From a virus: a stretch of DNA of 49,651 bases. The stretch is from the IMG/VR virus record IMGVR_UViG_3300045988_028961; one strand, 5' to 3'. This document shows, piece by piece, positions 7,698 through 16,614 of this stretch. The position numbers and the translations under genes were made by a program. How positions within the stretch are numbered: position 1 is the stretch's first letter; every line of letters starts with the position of its first letter. The notes under the pieces were generated by a model. That model searched no databases and had not been told where the DNA came from. It saw only the letters and a list, made by a program, of their open reading frames with translations.

Positions 7698-8895
7698 ACA
7701 GCTTTCGCGGAAGCAAAAGGCCATATTTGGATTTACGGAATCTGACGATCTGGCTCTTGTGTGTGATGGCTCCGTCCGATCCGGCAAGACAACAATCATG
7801 ACGCTTGCGTTTGTTGCTTGGGCCATGAAGAACTACGACCGCACCAACTTTGCTATTTGCGGAAAGACGGTGCAGTCGGCGGAACGCAACATCTTAAAGC
7901 CGTTGATGGAAATAGAGGGGCTGGGCGCGGCGCTGTCGATGAGCTATAAGGTTTCCACGCGTGTGCTGACGGTTCGGTGTGGAAACGTGACGAACTGGTT
8001 TTATCTTTTCGGAGGAAAAGATGAAAGTTCGTACATGTTGATTCAGGGTATCACGCTGGCCGGAGTACTGTTTGACGAAGTGGCATTGATGCCGCGGTCG
8101 TTCGTCGAGCAAGCGCTTTCTCGCGCGATTTCGTTTGAACACCCCAAGTACTTTTTCAACTGCAACCCCGAAAGCCCAAACCATTGGTTTTATCAGGAGT
8201 GGATCAAAGCACCGCGGAAGAATACGCAGCATATTCACTTTTTGCTGGACGATAACCCCGTGTTGACGCCGCAGATGATAGAACGGACAAAGGCGATGTA
8301 CTCCGGTGTGTTCTACGACCGGTATATCCGGGGGCTGTGGGTGATCGCCGAGGGCCTTGTTTACCCCATGTTCTCCCGCGAGGTCAATGTGACCAGCGAA
8401 CGGGGTGGGCCGGGGACGTATTATATTAGCTGCGACTACGGCACGCAAAATCCCACGGTGTTTGGCCTGTGGCGTGTGCACAAGGGCGAAGCTGTGATGG
8501 AAAAGGAATACTATCACAGCGGGCGCGAGACAAACCGGCAAAAGACGGACGAGGAATATTATCAAGACCTGGAAGCCTTTGCGGATGGGGACAAGATCGA
8601 GCGGATCATTATTGACCCCAGCGCCGCATCGTTTGCGGAGTGCATACGGCGACATGGTAAGTTTTCTGTGTGGAACGCCAATAACGCGGTGTTGGACGGT
8701 ATTCGACTGACGGGTGCATTGATGAAAGCCGGAAAGATAAAGTTTCACGAAAGTTGTGTACATGCATTTGAGGAATTCGGACTTTACAGCTGGGATTCTG
8801 AAGCGGCAGAGGACAAGGTAATTAAAGAGAATGATCACGTGTGTGATGCCACACGCTATTTTTGCCAAACTGTACTTAGGAGAGAGTTAAGATGA
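7687..8895 (+). CDS. terL: Terminase large subunit
   Basis: Walker A CDGSVRSGKT, Walker B-like VLFDEV, and a C-terminal nuclease region with ...DHVCDATRYF. Confidence 0.9.
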   Translation: MQLKQLSRKQKAIFGFTESDDLALVCDGSVRSGKTTIMTLAFVAWAMKNYDRTNFAICGKTVQSAERNILKPLMEIEGLGAALSMSYKVSTRVLTVRCGNVTNWFYLFGGKDESSYMLIQGITLAGVLFDEVALMPRSFVEQALSRAISFEHPKYFFNCNPESPNHWFYQEWIKAPRKNTQHIHFLLDDNPVLTPQMIERTKAMYSGVFYDRYIRGLWVIAEGLVYPMFSREVNVTSERGGPGTYYISCDYGTQNPTVFGLWRVHKGEAVMEKEYYHSGRETNRQKTDEEYYQDLEAFADGDKIERIIIDPSAASFAECIRRHGKFSVWNANNAVLDGIRLTGALMKAGKIKFHESCVHAFEEFGLYSWDSEAAEDKVIKENDHVCDATRYFCQTVLRRELR

Positions 8896-10280
8896 GTTTT
8901 TGGGGCAACTTTATGAACACCGTAAGACGCGCACTATTCCCGCAGGCGGCAGCCGAGCGGGAATTTGGCGTATCTCCCGCCGTCAGCATGACGATGGAAA
9001 AGTATATTGCGCTGTGGTACGCCATGATGGTAAACACGCCGCCTTGGCAGGACTGCAACGTGAAAGCGGTGGGTTTGCCCGCCGCCATCTGCCGAGAGGT
9101 AACACGGCCCACGCTGGTGGAGTTCACGGCCAACATTACGGGGAGTCAGCGTGCGGATTACCTGAATGACGGTTTTCAGTTGGCGAAGGAGAATTTCGGC
9201 AAGGCGCTGGAGCTGGGGCTTGCGCTGGGTGGCGTGGCCTTGAAGCCTTACATCTACGGCGATAAACTGCTGGTGGACATGACCGGCGCGGCAGGATTTC
9301 AGCCCACAAAGTTTGACCCGACGGGCAGATGCATCGGCGGCGTATTTCGCGACAAGCCTGTGAAGGTCAACGGGAAGTACTATGTTCGATTGGAGTCCCA
9401 CGACCTGACCGATACCACTTACACCATCAAGAACAAGGCATATTACAGCGATTCTACCGGCTCTGTTGGTGCGCCTGCGCCGCTGGATGTGGCGCCGGAA
9501 TGGGCGGATATTCAGGAAGAGGTGACCATCCAGAACATGGATGGGCCGCTGTTTGCCTATTTCAAGCCGCCCATCGCCAACATAGCGGACACTAACAGCC
9601 TGTGCGGTATGTCCATCTATGGCGACGCGGCGACGGTGGAACTGATCAAGCAGGCGGATGAACAGTGGGAGCGTCTGCGGTGGGAGTTCAAGTCCGGTGA
9701 GCGCAAGGTGCTGATGGACGGCAACACAAGCACGGCGGACATGTTTGACAAGCGTCTGTTTGAGATTGGCGCTTTTACGGCTGACGGCGATTTCTACCAG
9801 TTCCTCAATCCGGAACTGCGAAATGACGCGGTTTACAAGGGTTTCCAAGACGTTCTACGGCGCATTGAGTTCAATGTGGGCCTGTCTTATGGCGACATTT
9901 CCGACCCCCAAACGGTGGAAAAGACGGCGACAGAAATCAGAAGCAGCAAGCAGCGCAAGTATGTGCTGATCAGCAGTATTCAGACGGCGCTTGAACATAC
10001 GTTCGACGCGCTGATCTACGCAATGAACACATATGCCACGCTGTACGGGCTGGCTGCGGATGGTGAGTATGAAGTCACTTACGATTGGGGCGACAGCATT
10101 CTTGACGATCAAGAAACCAAGGACAAGGAATTCGCACGAGACTTGCAGCTTTTGAGTGCTGGCATTGTCAACGATTGGGAGCTGCGGGCGAAGTACATGA
10201 ATGAAGATGAGGAAACCGCAAAGGCGGCGCTGCCAAGGATGCAGGACGTTGTGGAAGAGACGCAGCGGGAGGTGGAGTGA
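8892..10280 (+). CDS. Portal protein (SPP1 gp6-like)
   Basis: 462 aa, immediately after terL with an ATGA-type overlap. Acidic C-terminus. Position and size are typical of a portal. Confidence 0.85.
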   Translation: MSFWGNFMNTVRRALFPQAAAEREFGVSPAVSMTMEKYIALWYAMMVNTPPWQDCNVKAVGLPAAICREVTRPTLVEFTANITGSQRADYLNDGFQLAKENFGKALELGLALGGVALKPYIYGDKLLVDMTGAAGFQPTKFDPTGRCIGGVFRDKPVKVNGKYYVRLESHDLTDTTYTIKNKAYYSDSTGSVGAPAPLDVAPEWADIQEEVTIQNMDGPLFAYFKPPIANIADTNSLCGMSIYGDAATVELIKQADEQWERLRWEFKSGERKVLMDGNTSTADMFDKRLFEIGAFTADGDFYQFLNPELRNDAVYKGFQDVLRRIEFNVGLSYGDISDPQTVEKTATEIRSSKQRKYVLISSIQTALEHTFDALIYAMNTYATLYGLAADGEYEVTYDWGDSILDDQETKDKEFARDLQLLSAGIVNDWELRAKYMNEDEETAKAALPRMQDVVEETQREVE

Positions 10281-10371
10281 TGGGTTATCCTTGGGAAGAA
10301 AGCCACGGTTCGCTTTGGATAAACATCGGGACTGCTGAAAATCCAGATTGGGTGTTTTTGGGAGCCATAAA

Positions 10372-12036
10372 ATGAACAGATACCCGTTCGACCCCGCTAC
10401 TTTAGATGCGCTGCCGGAGGAACTGGCGGAGTTGTATCGCGGGCTGGAAGATACCCTGTTGATGGAGATATGCTCCCGGCTCAAGACTTCGGACGAGCTG
10501 AACGAGGTCACGGTGCAGGACATCAAGGCGCTTCGGGCGCACGGCATTGACCCGAAGGAGATCGAGAAAGCCATACGCAAGACCACGGGCATCAGTGAGC
10601 AGAAGCTCAAGAAGTTGCTGGACGATGTAGTGGCACGGAATCAGGCGTATTACACCGAGCTTATTACGTTGGCGGATGTGACGCGGCCTGACGTGCTGGT
10701 GGACGCGGCGGCTATTGCGGCGATCTACGCACAGACAAAGCAAGAGTGCCGGAACATCACCCGCAGCATGGGCTTTTTGGTGGACAATGGCCGGACGATG
10801 CTGCCGCCTGCCAAAGCGTACCAATGGTGCTGCGATTCCGCGCTTATGCAGGTGCAGAGCGGCGCGATTTCCTACAATCAGGCGATATCCAATGCCGTGA
10901 AGCAGCTGGCGGACAGCGGCTTGAAAACGGTGGACTACGAGAGTGGGCACCGGGATCAGGTAGACGTGGCGGCGAGACGGGCCGTTATGTCTGGCGTGAA
11001 CGCTCTCAATCAAAAGTATGCGGAGCAATCTGCCGAATATCTGGAGACCGATCTTGTGGAAGTAAGCGCTCATATCGGGGCGCGAAACACGGGAAACGGG
11101 CTGGAAAACCATGAGAGTTGGCAAGGCGGCGTGTATCGGTGGGCTGAGAAACCCGGAGATTCAAAGGGCGAGTACAAGGATTTTGTTGCTACCACCGGAT
11201 ACGGCCAGGGCGCTGGTCTGGGCGGATGGAACTGCCGACACACCTTTTATCCGTTTGTGGAGGGCATCAGTGAGCCGACCTATTCACAGGCCGACCTTGA
11301 CGCCATGAAGGGCGAGAACCGCAAGTTTGTGTTTGATGGCAAGGAGTACGACGGGTACACAGCCACGCAAATGCAGCGCAGCATAGAGCACCAGATACGC
11401 AAGCAGAAGCGCCTTAGAGACGCTTACAAGGCCGCTGGGCTGAAAGATGACGAGACCGCCGCCAACATCAAGCTGCGCCGCCTGAACGCCAAATACAAGG
11501 AATTCAGCAAGGCGGCGGGGCTGCCGGAACAACCGGAGCGGTTGAAGGTGCTTTATGGCGATACAAAAAGCACTGCCGCCGCTCAAGCGCTTAAGGCGCA
11601 GCGGCAAGCAGAAGCCGCACAGGCAGCGTTGCAAAACGAAAAGAATATCGCTATACTGAAAGAGAAGATCGCCAACGGCGAGATATCCACAGCAATCAGG
11701 CCACAGGTGCAAGCACGCCATATCGAAGGAACGGCGGAGTTTGAGCGGTATAAGGCGCAAAGACTTGCAAAGGGTAAGACTCCGCAAAGCATCTTAACGA
11801 TCACCGTAAAGGAAGCACAAGAAATCGTTGATAAATACGCCTGCACGGGAACTGTGACCATTAAGACGCCGAAAGACGCCCCAATAGAAATCAGAGAGTA
11901 TAGGAACGTGGATAAGGTGATCGGGCAATACTACAAAAACAATGCTTTCCACAGCACAAAACGCGCCATAATTGTGTACGCAAAAAAGGGGACACACATC
12001 GTTCCGACGATTCCAAAGGAGGATCAACATGGTTAA
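10372..12036 (+). CDS. MuF / SPP1 gp7-like head morphogenesis protein with a C-terminal toxin-like extension
   Basis: Follows the portal. The central region ...GGWNCRHTFYPF... is typical of the Mu F / minor capsid family. A coiled-coil linker leads to a ~115-aa extra domain ending ...YAKKGTHIVPTIP. TTG 10348 is an alternative start. Confidence 0.8.
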   Translation: MNRYPFDPATLDALPEELAELYRGLEDTLLMEICSRLKTSDELNEVTVQDIKALRAHGIDPKEIEKAIRKTTGISEQKLKKLLDDVVARNQAYYTELITLADVTRPDVLVDAAAIAAIYAQTKQECRNITRSMGFLVDNGRTMLPPAKAYQWCCDSALMQVQSGAISYNQAISNAVKQLADSGLKTVDYESGHRDQVDVAARRAVMSGVNALNQKYAEQSAEYLETDLVEVSAHIGARNTGNGLENHESWQGGVYRWAEKPGDSKGEYKDFVATTGYGQGAGLGGWNCRHTFYPFVEGISEPTYSQADLDAMKGENRKFVFDGKEYDGYTATQMQRSIEHQIRKQKRLRDAYKAAGLKDDETAANIKLRRLNAKYKEFSKAAGLPEQPERLKVLYGDTKSTAAAQALKAQRQAEAAQAALQNEKNIAILKEKIANGEISTAIRPQVQARHIEGTAEFERYKAQRLAKGKTPQSILTITVKEAQEIVDKYACTGTVTIKTPKDAPIEIREYRNVDKVIGQYYKNNAFHSTKRAIIVYAKKGTHIVPTIPKEDQHG

Positions 12037-12235
12037 TATTTGGGATTATGCCAATGAGCTGCCCCGCATAAAGCTTAAAGCGATAAACGGAGCTGAGCTT
12101 ATCGGGAATGTTGTTGCGGTTTTTGACGCTAACGAGATAGAAAGCGCACAGGACTGCATAGATGTTGAACTCGATAGCGGAGAAATCAAGTCCTTTTATC
12201 CGGACGATATTGAAAGCATTGAGGTGCTTGCATGA
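12029..12235 (+). CDS. hypothetical small acidic protein (candidate immunity partner of the MuF C-terminal domain)
   Basis: RBS AAGGAGG lies before ATG 12029. Overlaps the MuF stop. 68 aa. Confidence 0.5.
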   Translation: MVNIWDYANELPRIKLKAINGAELIGNVVAVFDANEIESAQDCIDVELDSGEIKSFYPDDIESIEVLA

Positions 12236-12399
12236 GCGAAAACGCGGTGTTGAGCGCAAATAGTGACATTTTGCAGGCTATCAACAGCGTTTTGAAGAAA
12301 GGCGACCGGGTGGAATTGATCCCCACCAAAGACGAGGTGCGGGTGATACATATCCGGCGCGAGAATGTGGACGTGAACAAAGGCAAAACGAAGCAATAA
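12232..12399 (+). CDS. hypothetical small protein (55 aa; not in the supplied ORF track)
   Basis: ATGA overlap with the previous stop. Reads MSENAVLSANSDILQAINSVLKKGDRVELIPTKDEVRVIHIRRENVDVNKGKTKQ*. Confidence 0.45.
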   Translation: MSENAVLSANSDILQAINSVLKKGDRVELIPTKDEVRVIHIRRENVDVNKGKTKQ

Positions 12400-12403
12400 G
12401 CGC

Positions 12404-12432
12404 TTGCCATCGGTTGCGTGGTATGGTATAAT
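12404..12432 (+). promoter_or_regulatory. Near-consensus sigma70-type promoter
   Basis: TTGCCA (12404-12409), a 17-nt spacer, then TATAAT (12427-12432), preceded by TGg (extended -10). Confidence 0.6.
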
Positions 12433-12438
12433 AAATCA

Positions 12439-12537
12439 AACAAATATTCGACCTCGCTCTAAGCGGTGAGTGAGAAGAGCCGAGAGGGGCTAACTGACTA
12501 CAGTTTGTAGTTGGTTAGCCCCTCTTTCTTTTTTTCA
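12439..12537 (+). ncRNA. Candidate ~100-nt small RNA (orphan promoter-to-terminator unit)
   Basis: Lies between the promoter at 12404-12432 and the intrinsic terminator at 12482-12537. No ATG-initiated ORF and no RBS. Confidence 0.4.
12482..12537 (+). terminator. Rho-independent terminator
   Basis: Long stem GAGGGGCTAAC...GTTAGCCCCTC with inner ACTACA/TGTAGT pairing, followed by TTTCTTTTTTT. Confidence 0.7.
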
Positions 12538-12625
12538 AAATTTTTGACCGGCCCGAAGTCGCAAAACTACGGGGCCACAGTGGAGGCGACCCACGCGAAA
12601 AAAGCGAAGTGGCGAAGGAGCAGAC

Positions 12626-13216
12626 ATGAAACGCGATTTTTTGGAAGGTCTGGGGCTGGAAAAGGAAGTTGTGGACAAAATCCTCGACGAAAACAGCCGG
12701 GACATTGGCCGCGAGAAGCAGAAAGCGGATCAGGCCAAGGAGGACTTGGCGGCGGCGCAGAAGAATCTGGCTGACCGCGACAAGGACATCGAGGAGCTGA
12801 AGAAATCCAGCGGCGACGCGGAGGGCATCCGCAAGCAGTTGGAGGAGCTGCAAGGTAAGTACACCAAGGAAACAGCCGAGTATAAGGCCCAGATCGCCGA
12901 CAGGGACTATTCCGACGCGATCAACAAGGTCATCAACGACAAGGGCATCAAATTCAGTTCCAAGGCGGCGGAACGTGCCTATATCGCAGACCTGAAAACC
13001 AAGGGTCTAAAGCTGGAAAACGGCGTGTTTGAGGGCTTTGACGAATGGCACAAGGCTCAGATGGACGCAGACCCCAGCGCGTTTCAGACCGGCAAGCCCG
13101 CACCCACGTTTGCAAAGCCCGTCGGTACCGGCGGCGCACTGAAAGCGGAAGGTTTGGGCGCAATGTACGCAAAACAATTCAACGCGCAGTATGCGCAGAC
13201 AACTACGAAGGAGTGA
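12626..13216 (+). CDS. Scaffolding protein (GP20-like)
   Basis: Highly charged coiled-coil sequence (EKQKADQAKEDLAAAQKNLADRDKDIEELKK) upstream of the capsid gene. Confidence 0.75.
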   Translation: MKRDFLEGLGLEKEVVDKILDENSRDIGREKQKADQAKEDLAAAQKNLADRDKDIEELKKSSGDAEGIRKQLEELQGKYTKETAEYKAQIADRDYSDAINKVINDKGIKFSSKAAERAYIADLKTKGLKLENGVFEGFDEWHKAQMDADPSAFQTGKPAPTFAKPVGTGGALKAEGLGAMYAKQFNAQYAQTTTKE

Positions 13217-13224
13217 TTTGATCC

Positions 13225-13782
13225 ATGTCTTTTGTGACCAATACGACCTGCACCAAGCGGCCTAATTTCCTGGAAAGCGAAGTTGGTCTGGTGCTGAAGA
13301 CCCGCGAGATTCCCGCCTCTATGGGCGTGCAGGACGGCATTTATAAGATCGTCGCACCCGGCACCCCTTATCCCTCCAACGACGGCAACGCTGTTGGCCT
13401 CGTGTTTGAGGCCGTGGACGTGACCAGCGGCAATATGCCCGGCTCCGTGCTGGTGGCTGGCCGCGTGCTGGCGGAGAACCTGAATCTCCAGACTGCCGCC
13501 AAGACCGCTCTGGCCGGTAAGGGCATCGTGTTTGTGGACACCCCCGCCATTACTCGCGGCTATACCGTGACTTACGACAAGAACGACGGCACCGGTACGC
13601 CTCCTGTGGATGGCAACACCTATTTCGAGGGTTCCATCGCGCCGGTTTCTACCAGTTACCCGCTGACTAAGGCCAGCAACAAGCAGACCGGCTGGAGCAC
13701 CAGCAAGGGCGGCGCTGCTGTGACTGAGGTCGAGGTGACCGGCAACGTGACCCTGTACCCTGTTTGGACTGCTAACATCTAA
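13225..13782 (+). CDS. Putative head decoration protein with a C-terminal Listeria-Bacteroides (InlB B / Flg_new-like) repeat
   Basis: Located between the scaffold and major capsid genes. The C-terminus YTVTYDKNDGTG...GW...VTGNVTLYPVW matches the Flg_new-type repeat pattern. Confidence 0.55.
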   Translation: MSFVTNTTCTKRPNFLESEVGLVLKTREIPASMGVQDGIYKIVAPGTPYPSNDGNAVGLVFEAVDVTSGNMPGSVLVAGRVLAENLNLQTAAKTALAGKGIVFVDTPAITRGYTVTYDKNDGTGTPPVDGNTYFEGSIAPVSTSYPLTKASNKQTGWSTSKGGAAVTEVEVTGNVTLYPVWTANI

Positions 13783-13799
13783 GTAAGGAGGAAGAAACC

Positions 13800-14837
13800 A
13801 TGCCTGATATCCTGAACATGATTTCCAGCGCCGAGCGCCTGGAATTTGCACAGAATCTGTCTGTTGCGCGGCCCGCTTACATCGGCGACCGCATTTTCCC
13901 CGACCAGAAAACCGCCAACCTCAAGGCGGAGTACCTGCGTCTGGCCGAAGGGGCAAACATCCCCGTGATGGCAACCGTACACGCCTTTGACACTGAGGCC
14001 GAGATCGGCACCCGTCCTGTGTTTGAAAAGACCGAGGTGGAAAAGCTGCTGATCAAGCGCAAGATCAACCAGACCGAGCGTGTGCGGCTGATGATCGAGA
14101 ACGGCGTGAGCGACGAGAACGAGATCATCCGCTATGTCTTTGACGACATGCGCCAGATGGCCGAGGCCGTCAAGACCCGCACCGAAGTTGCCAAGATGGA
14201 AGTTCTGGCCACCGGCAAGATGACCATCAACGAGAACAACCTGAACCTCAAGGTGGACTACGGCGTTCCCACCAAGAACACCGGCTACAAGATCGACTTC
14301 GGCCCCGATGCCGATATCGTGGGCCAGATCATGGCCGTGGCAGACGCCGCCGCTGAATCCGGCAACGCGCTGACCGAGATCGTGACCTCCACCAAGATCC
14401 TGCGTAAGCTGGCTGCCAACAAGGGCATTCAGACGCTGATTTACGGTACTGTGGGTGCTGGCACTTATGTTCCTGCTGAGAGAATCCGCTCTCTGTTCGC
14501 GGAACTGTTTGGCTTTGGCGTGATCACCACCAACGATCTGCGCTACAAGACCCAGACCGCCAGCGGCAACGAGGCCACCAAGCGCTTTTTCCCCGAGGAC
14601 AAGATGGCGTTCCTGTGCAACGGCACATCTTCCTCCTTCGGCGTTGGCCTGTGGGGCGTGACCCCCGAGGAAGCCGACTACGGCCAGTACAACGAGAAGA
14701 GCGCCAATCAGTTCATCACCATTACCCAGTGGGCCACTCCTGACCCCGTGGCGGTGTGGACTAAGGCCAGCGGCGTGTTTATCCCCGTTGTGCCCAATCC
14801 CAACGGCCTGTTTATCGCAGCCGACACCAGCAAGTAG
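13800..14837 (+). CDS. Major capsid protein (phage capsid E-like)
   Basis: 345 aa. RBS AAGGAGGAAG. Position after the scaffold and decoration genes. The N-terminus ...RIFPDQKTANLKAEYLRL is typical of the capsid-E family. Confidence 0.85.
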   Translation: MPDILNMISSAERLEFAQNLSVARPAYIGDRIFPDQKTANLKAEYLRLAEGANIPVMATVHAFDTEAEIGTRPVFEKTEVEKLLIKRKINQTERVRLMIENGVSDENEIIRYVFDDMRQMAEAVKTRTEVAKMEVLATGKMTINENNLNLKVDYGVPTKNTGYKIDFGPDADIVGQIMAVADAAAESGNALTEIVTSTKILRKLAANKGIQTLIYGTVGAGTYVPAERIRSLFAELFGFGVITTNDLRYKTQTASGNEATKRFFPEDKMAFLCNGTSSSFGVGLWGVTPEEADYGQYNEKSANQFITITQWATPDPVAVWTKASGVFIPVVPNPNGLFIAADTSK

Positions 14838-14908
14838 GCGCGCCTCCTCCCTGCCCCGATGGGAAACCTGACGGGTGGGGAGGAAACGATATAAAGGAGG
14901 CGGAAAGC

Positions 14909-15325
14909 ATGGTATACGCAGATTTTGAATACTACGCTACCGAGTTCTACGGCACGGCCATCGACGAGGACGCTTTCCCGGCTCTGGCTGGTAGGGCATC
15001 GGCCTATGTGGACTATGTGACCATGAACCGCGCCAGAAACGTCACCGGCGATGCCATGATCGCCGTGCAGAACGCGGTGTGTGCGCTCTGTGAGGTGATG
15101 CAGGACGGCGAACGGCTGAACAGCGTTGCGTTTAACGCCGAAAGACCTGTAGCAAGCGAATCCGTGGGCGACTGGTCAAAAAGCTACGGCACGAAAACGG
15201 TGTCTGCCGCCGACATGCAGCTGCTTGAGGCCAGGAAGCGGGAAATCGCGGCCATGTATCTGGCACCTTACGGACTTCTAAAGGCAAGGGGGTACGGATC
15301 ATGTCCATGTTCCCCCACACGGTAA
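14909..15325 (+). CDS. Head-tail connector (gp6-like) protein
   Basis: Position, size, and the N-terminal YADFEYYATEFYG... pattern common in connector proteins. Confidence 0.5.
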   Translation: MVYADFEYYATEFYGTAIDEDAFPALAGRASAYVDYVTMNRARNVTGDAMIAVQNAVCALCEVMQDGERLNSVAFNAERPVASESVGDWSKSYGTKTVSAADMQLLEARKREIAAMYLAPYGLLKARGYGSCPCSPTR

Positions 15326-15747
15326 CGCTGTACAACGTGACCCGCGAGGTGGACACCGGCACCATGCAAGACGCGACAAAGCTCTATGTGACGGTGCTTG
15401 ACGGTGTGCTTCTGTCCGCTTCCAAAACGGCCAACGTGCGGGCCAGCGGACTGGAAGGAGCCGACGCGGTAAACCTATATATTCCGTTTTCAGTTGTTGC
15501 AAAAGATGCAACAACCGGCAAAAAGAAACGGTATGCGGGGCCGCAGGACTTCTGGAACGCGGAGGAAAAGTCAGGGCTGTGGACACTTTCCACCAACGGC
15601 AACGGCGGAGAAAGCTTTTTCGTTAAAGGCCGGTTCGTCACGGACAACGAGACTGTGGCAAAGGGACATGACGATTGCTACGAGGTAACAAAAGTGGATA
15701 TGAAGGACTACGGCAGCCTGAAGCATTGGGCCGTTGGAGGTAAGTAA
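15301..15747 (+). CDS. Head closure / head-tail adaptor protein
   Basis: Synteny. The N-terminal FPHTVTLYN motif is seen in adaptor proteins. Confidence 0.5.
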   Translation: MSMFPHTVTLYNVTREVDTGTMQDATKLYVTVLDGVLLSASKTANVRASGLEGADAVNLYIPFSVVAKDATTGKKKRYAGPQDFWNAEEKSGLWTLSTNGNGGESFFVKGRFVTDNETVAKGHDDCYEVTKVDMKDYGSLKHWAVGGK

Positions 15748-16163
15748 TGGGACTGAAATTCAGCGTACACACCGAGGGCATGGACGAAGTACGGCGGCAG
15801 CTGGCGCTTGCCTGCGACAAGGCCGAACATGTCCTTGCCGTCCAGGTGGAGGCCGACACGGTTCCATATGTTCCGGCGCTGACCGGTTCGCTGACTGAGC
15901 GGACACGGGCCATCGGCAACACCGTTTTGTACCCGGGGCCTTACGCCAGATACCTTTACTACGGCAAGTTGATGGTCGACCCCGACACGGGGAGCCCGTG
16001 GGCCAAGAAAGGCGCGACAAAGGTTCTGACAGACAGAAATCTGGTATTTTCACAGGCTATGCACCCGAACGCGCAGGCGCATTGGTGCGAGGCATCCAAG
16101 GCGCAGAACCTTGAAAAATGGGTGCGCGTGGCGCAAAAGGCGGTGGCGAAGTATGGCAAATGA
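15747..16163 (+). CDS. HK97 gp10-like tail-neck component
   Basis: Synteny and the N-terminal GLKFSVHTEGMDEVRRQL pattern. Confidence 0.5.
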   Translation: MGLKFSVHTEGMDEVRRQLALACDKAEHVLAVQVEADTVPYVPALTGSLTERTRAIGNTVLYPGPYARYLYYGKLMVDPDTGSPWAKKGATKVLTDRNLVFSQAMHPNAQAHWCEASKAQNLEKWVRVAQKAVAKYGK

Positions 16164-16614
16164 CAAACCGAAAAAGCTGGTTTCGGCGGCAGAGGAGGAC
16201 AAAATTTCCCGGGCAATGCTGGTATGGCTGAACACCTGGCCGGACAAACCGGTGGATGTGATCCGGTATGAATTTCTTCCCGCTGACGGCGAGGGCGCAA
16301 TGGCACTTTCTACGATCCAGGGGACATACATCACACGGCGGTACATCCTTGGTGGCCACCAGGCAGAATACCAGTTCAAGGTGATTTACCGGCTGAAACC
16401 GGGCAACAGCAACGACAAACGCCTGAAAGCCGACGAACTGCTGGACAGTCTGGCGGATTGGTCGGCAAATGGCGGGCCGGACATCGGAGACGATGCGCGG
16501 GTGATCCGCGTGGAAGCCACAACGCGCTCCGCATTGTTCGGCGCATACGACAACGGCGACGAGGATCATCAGATCCTCATGAAAATGACTTACGAGGTGA
16601 TAACAAATGCCTGA
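16153..16614 (+). CDS. Tail completion protein (putative)
   Basis: Synteny. ATG 16153 overlaps the previous stop. Confidence 0.45.
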   Translation: MANDKPKKLVSAAEEDKISRAMLVWLNTWPDKPVDVIRYEFLPADGEGAMALSTIQGTYITRRYILGGHQAEYQFKVIYRLKPGNSNDKRLKADELLDSLADWSANGGPDIGDDARVIRVEATTRSALFGAYDNGDEDHQILMKMTYEVITNA

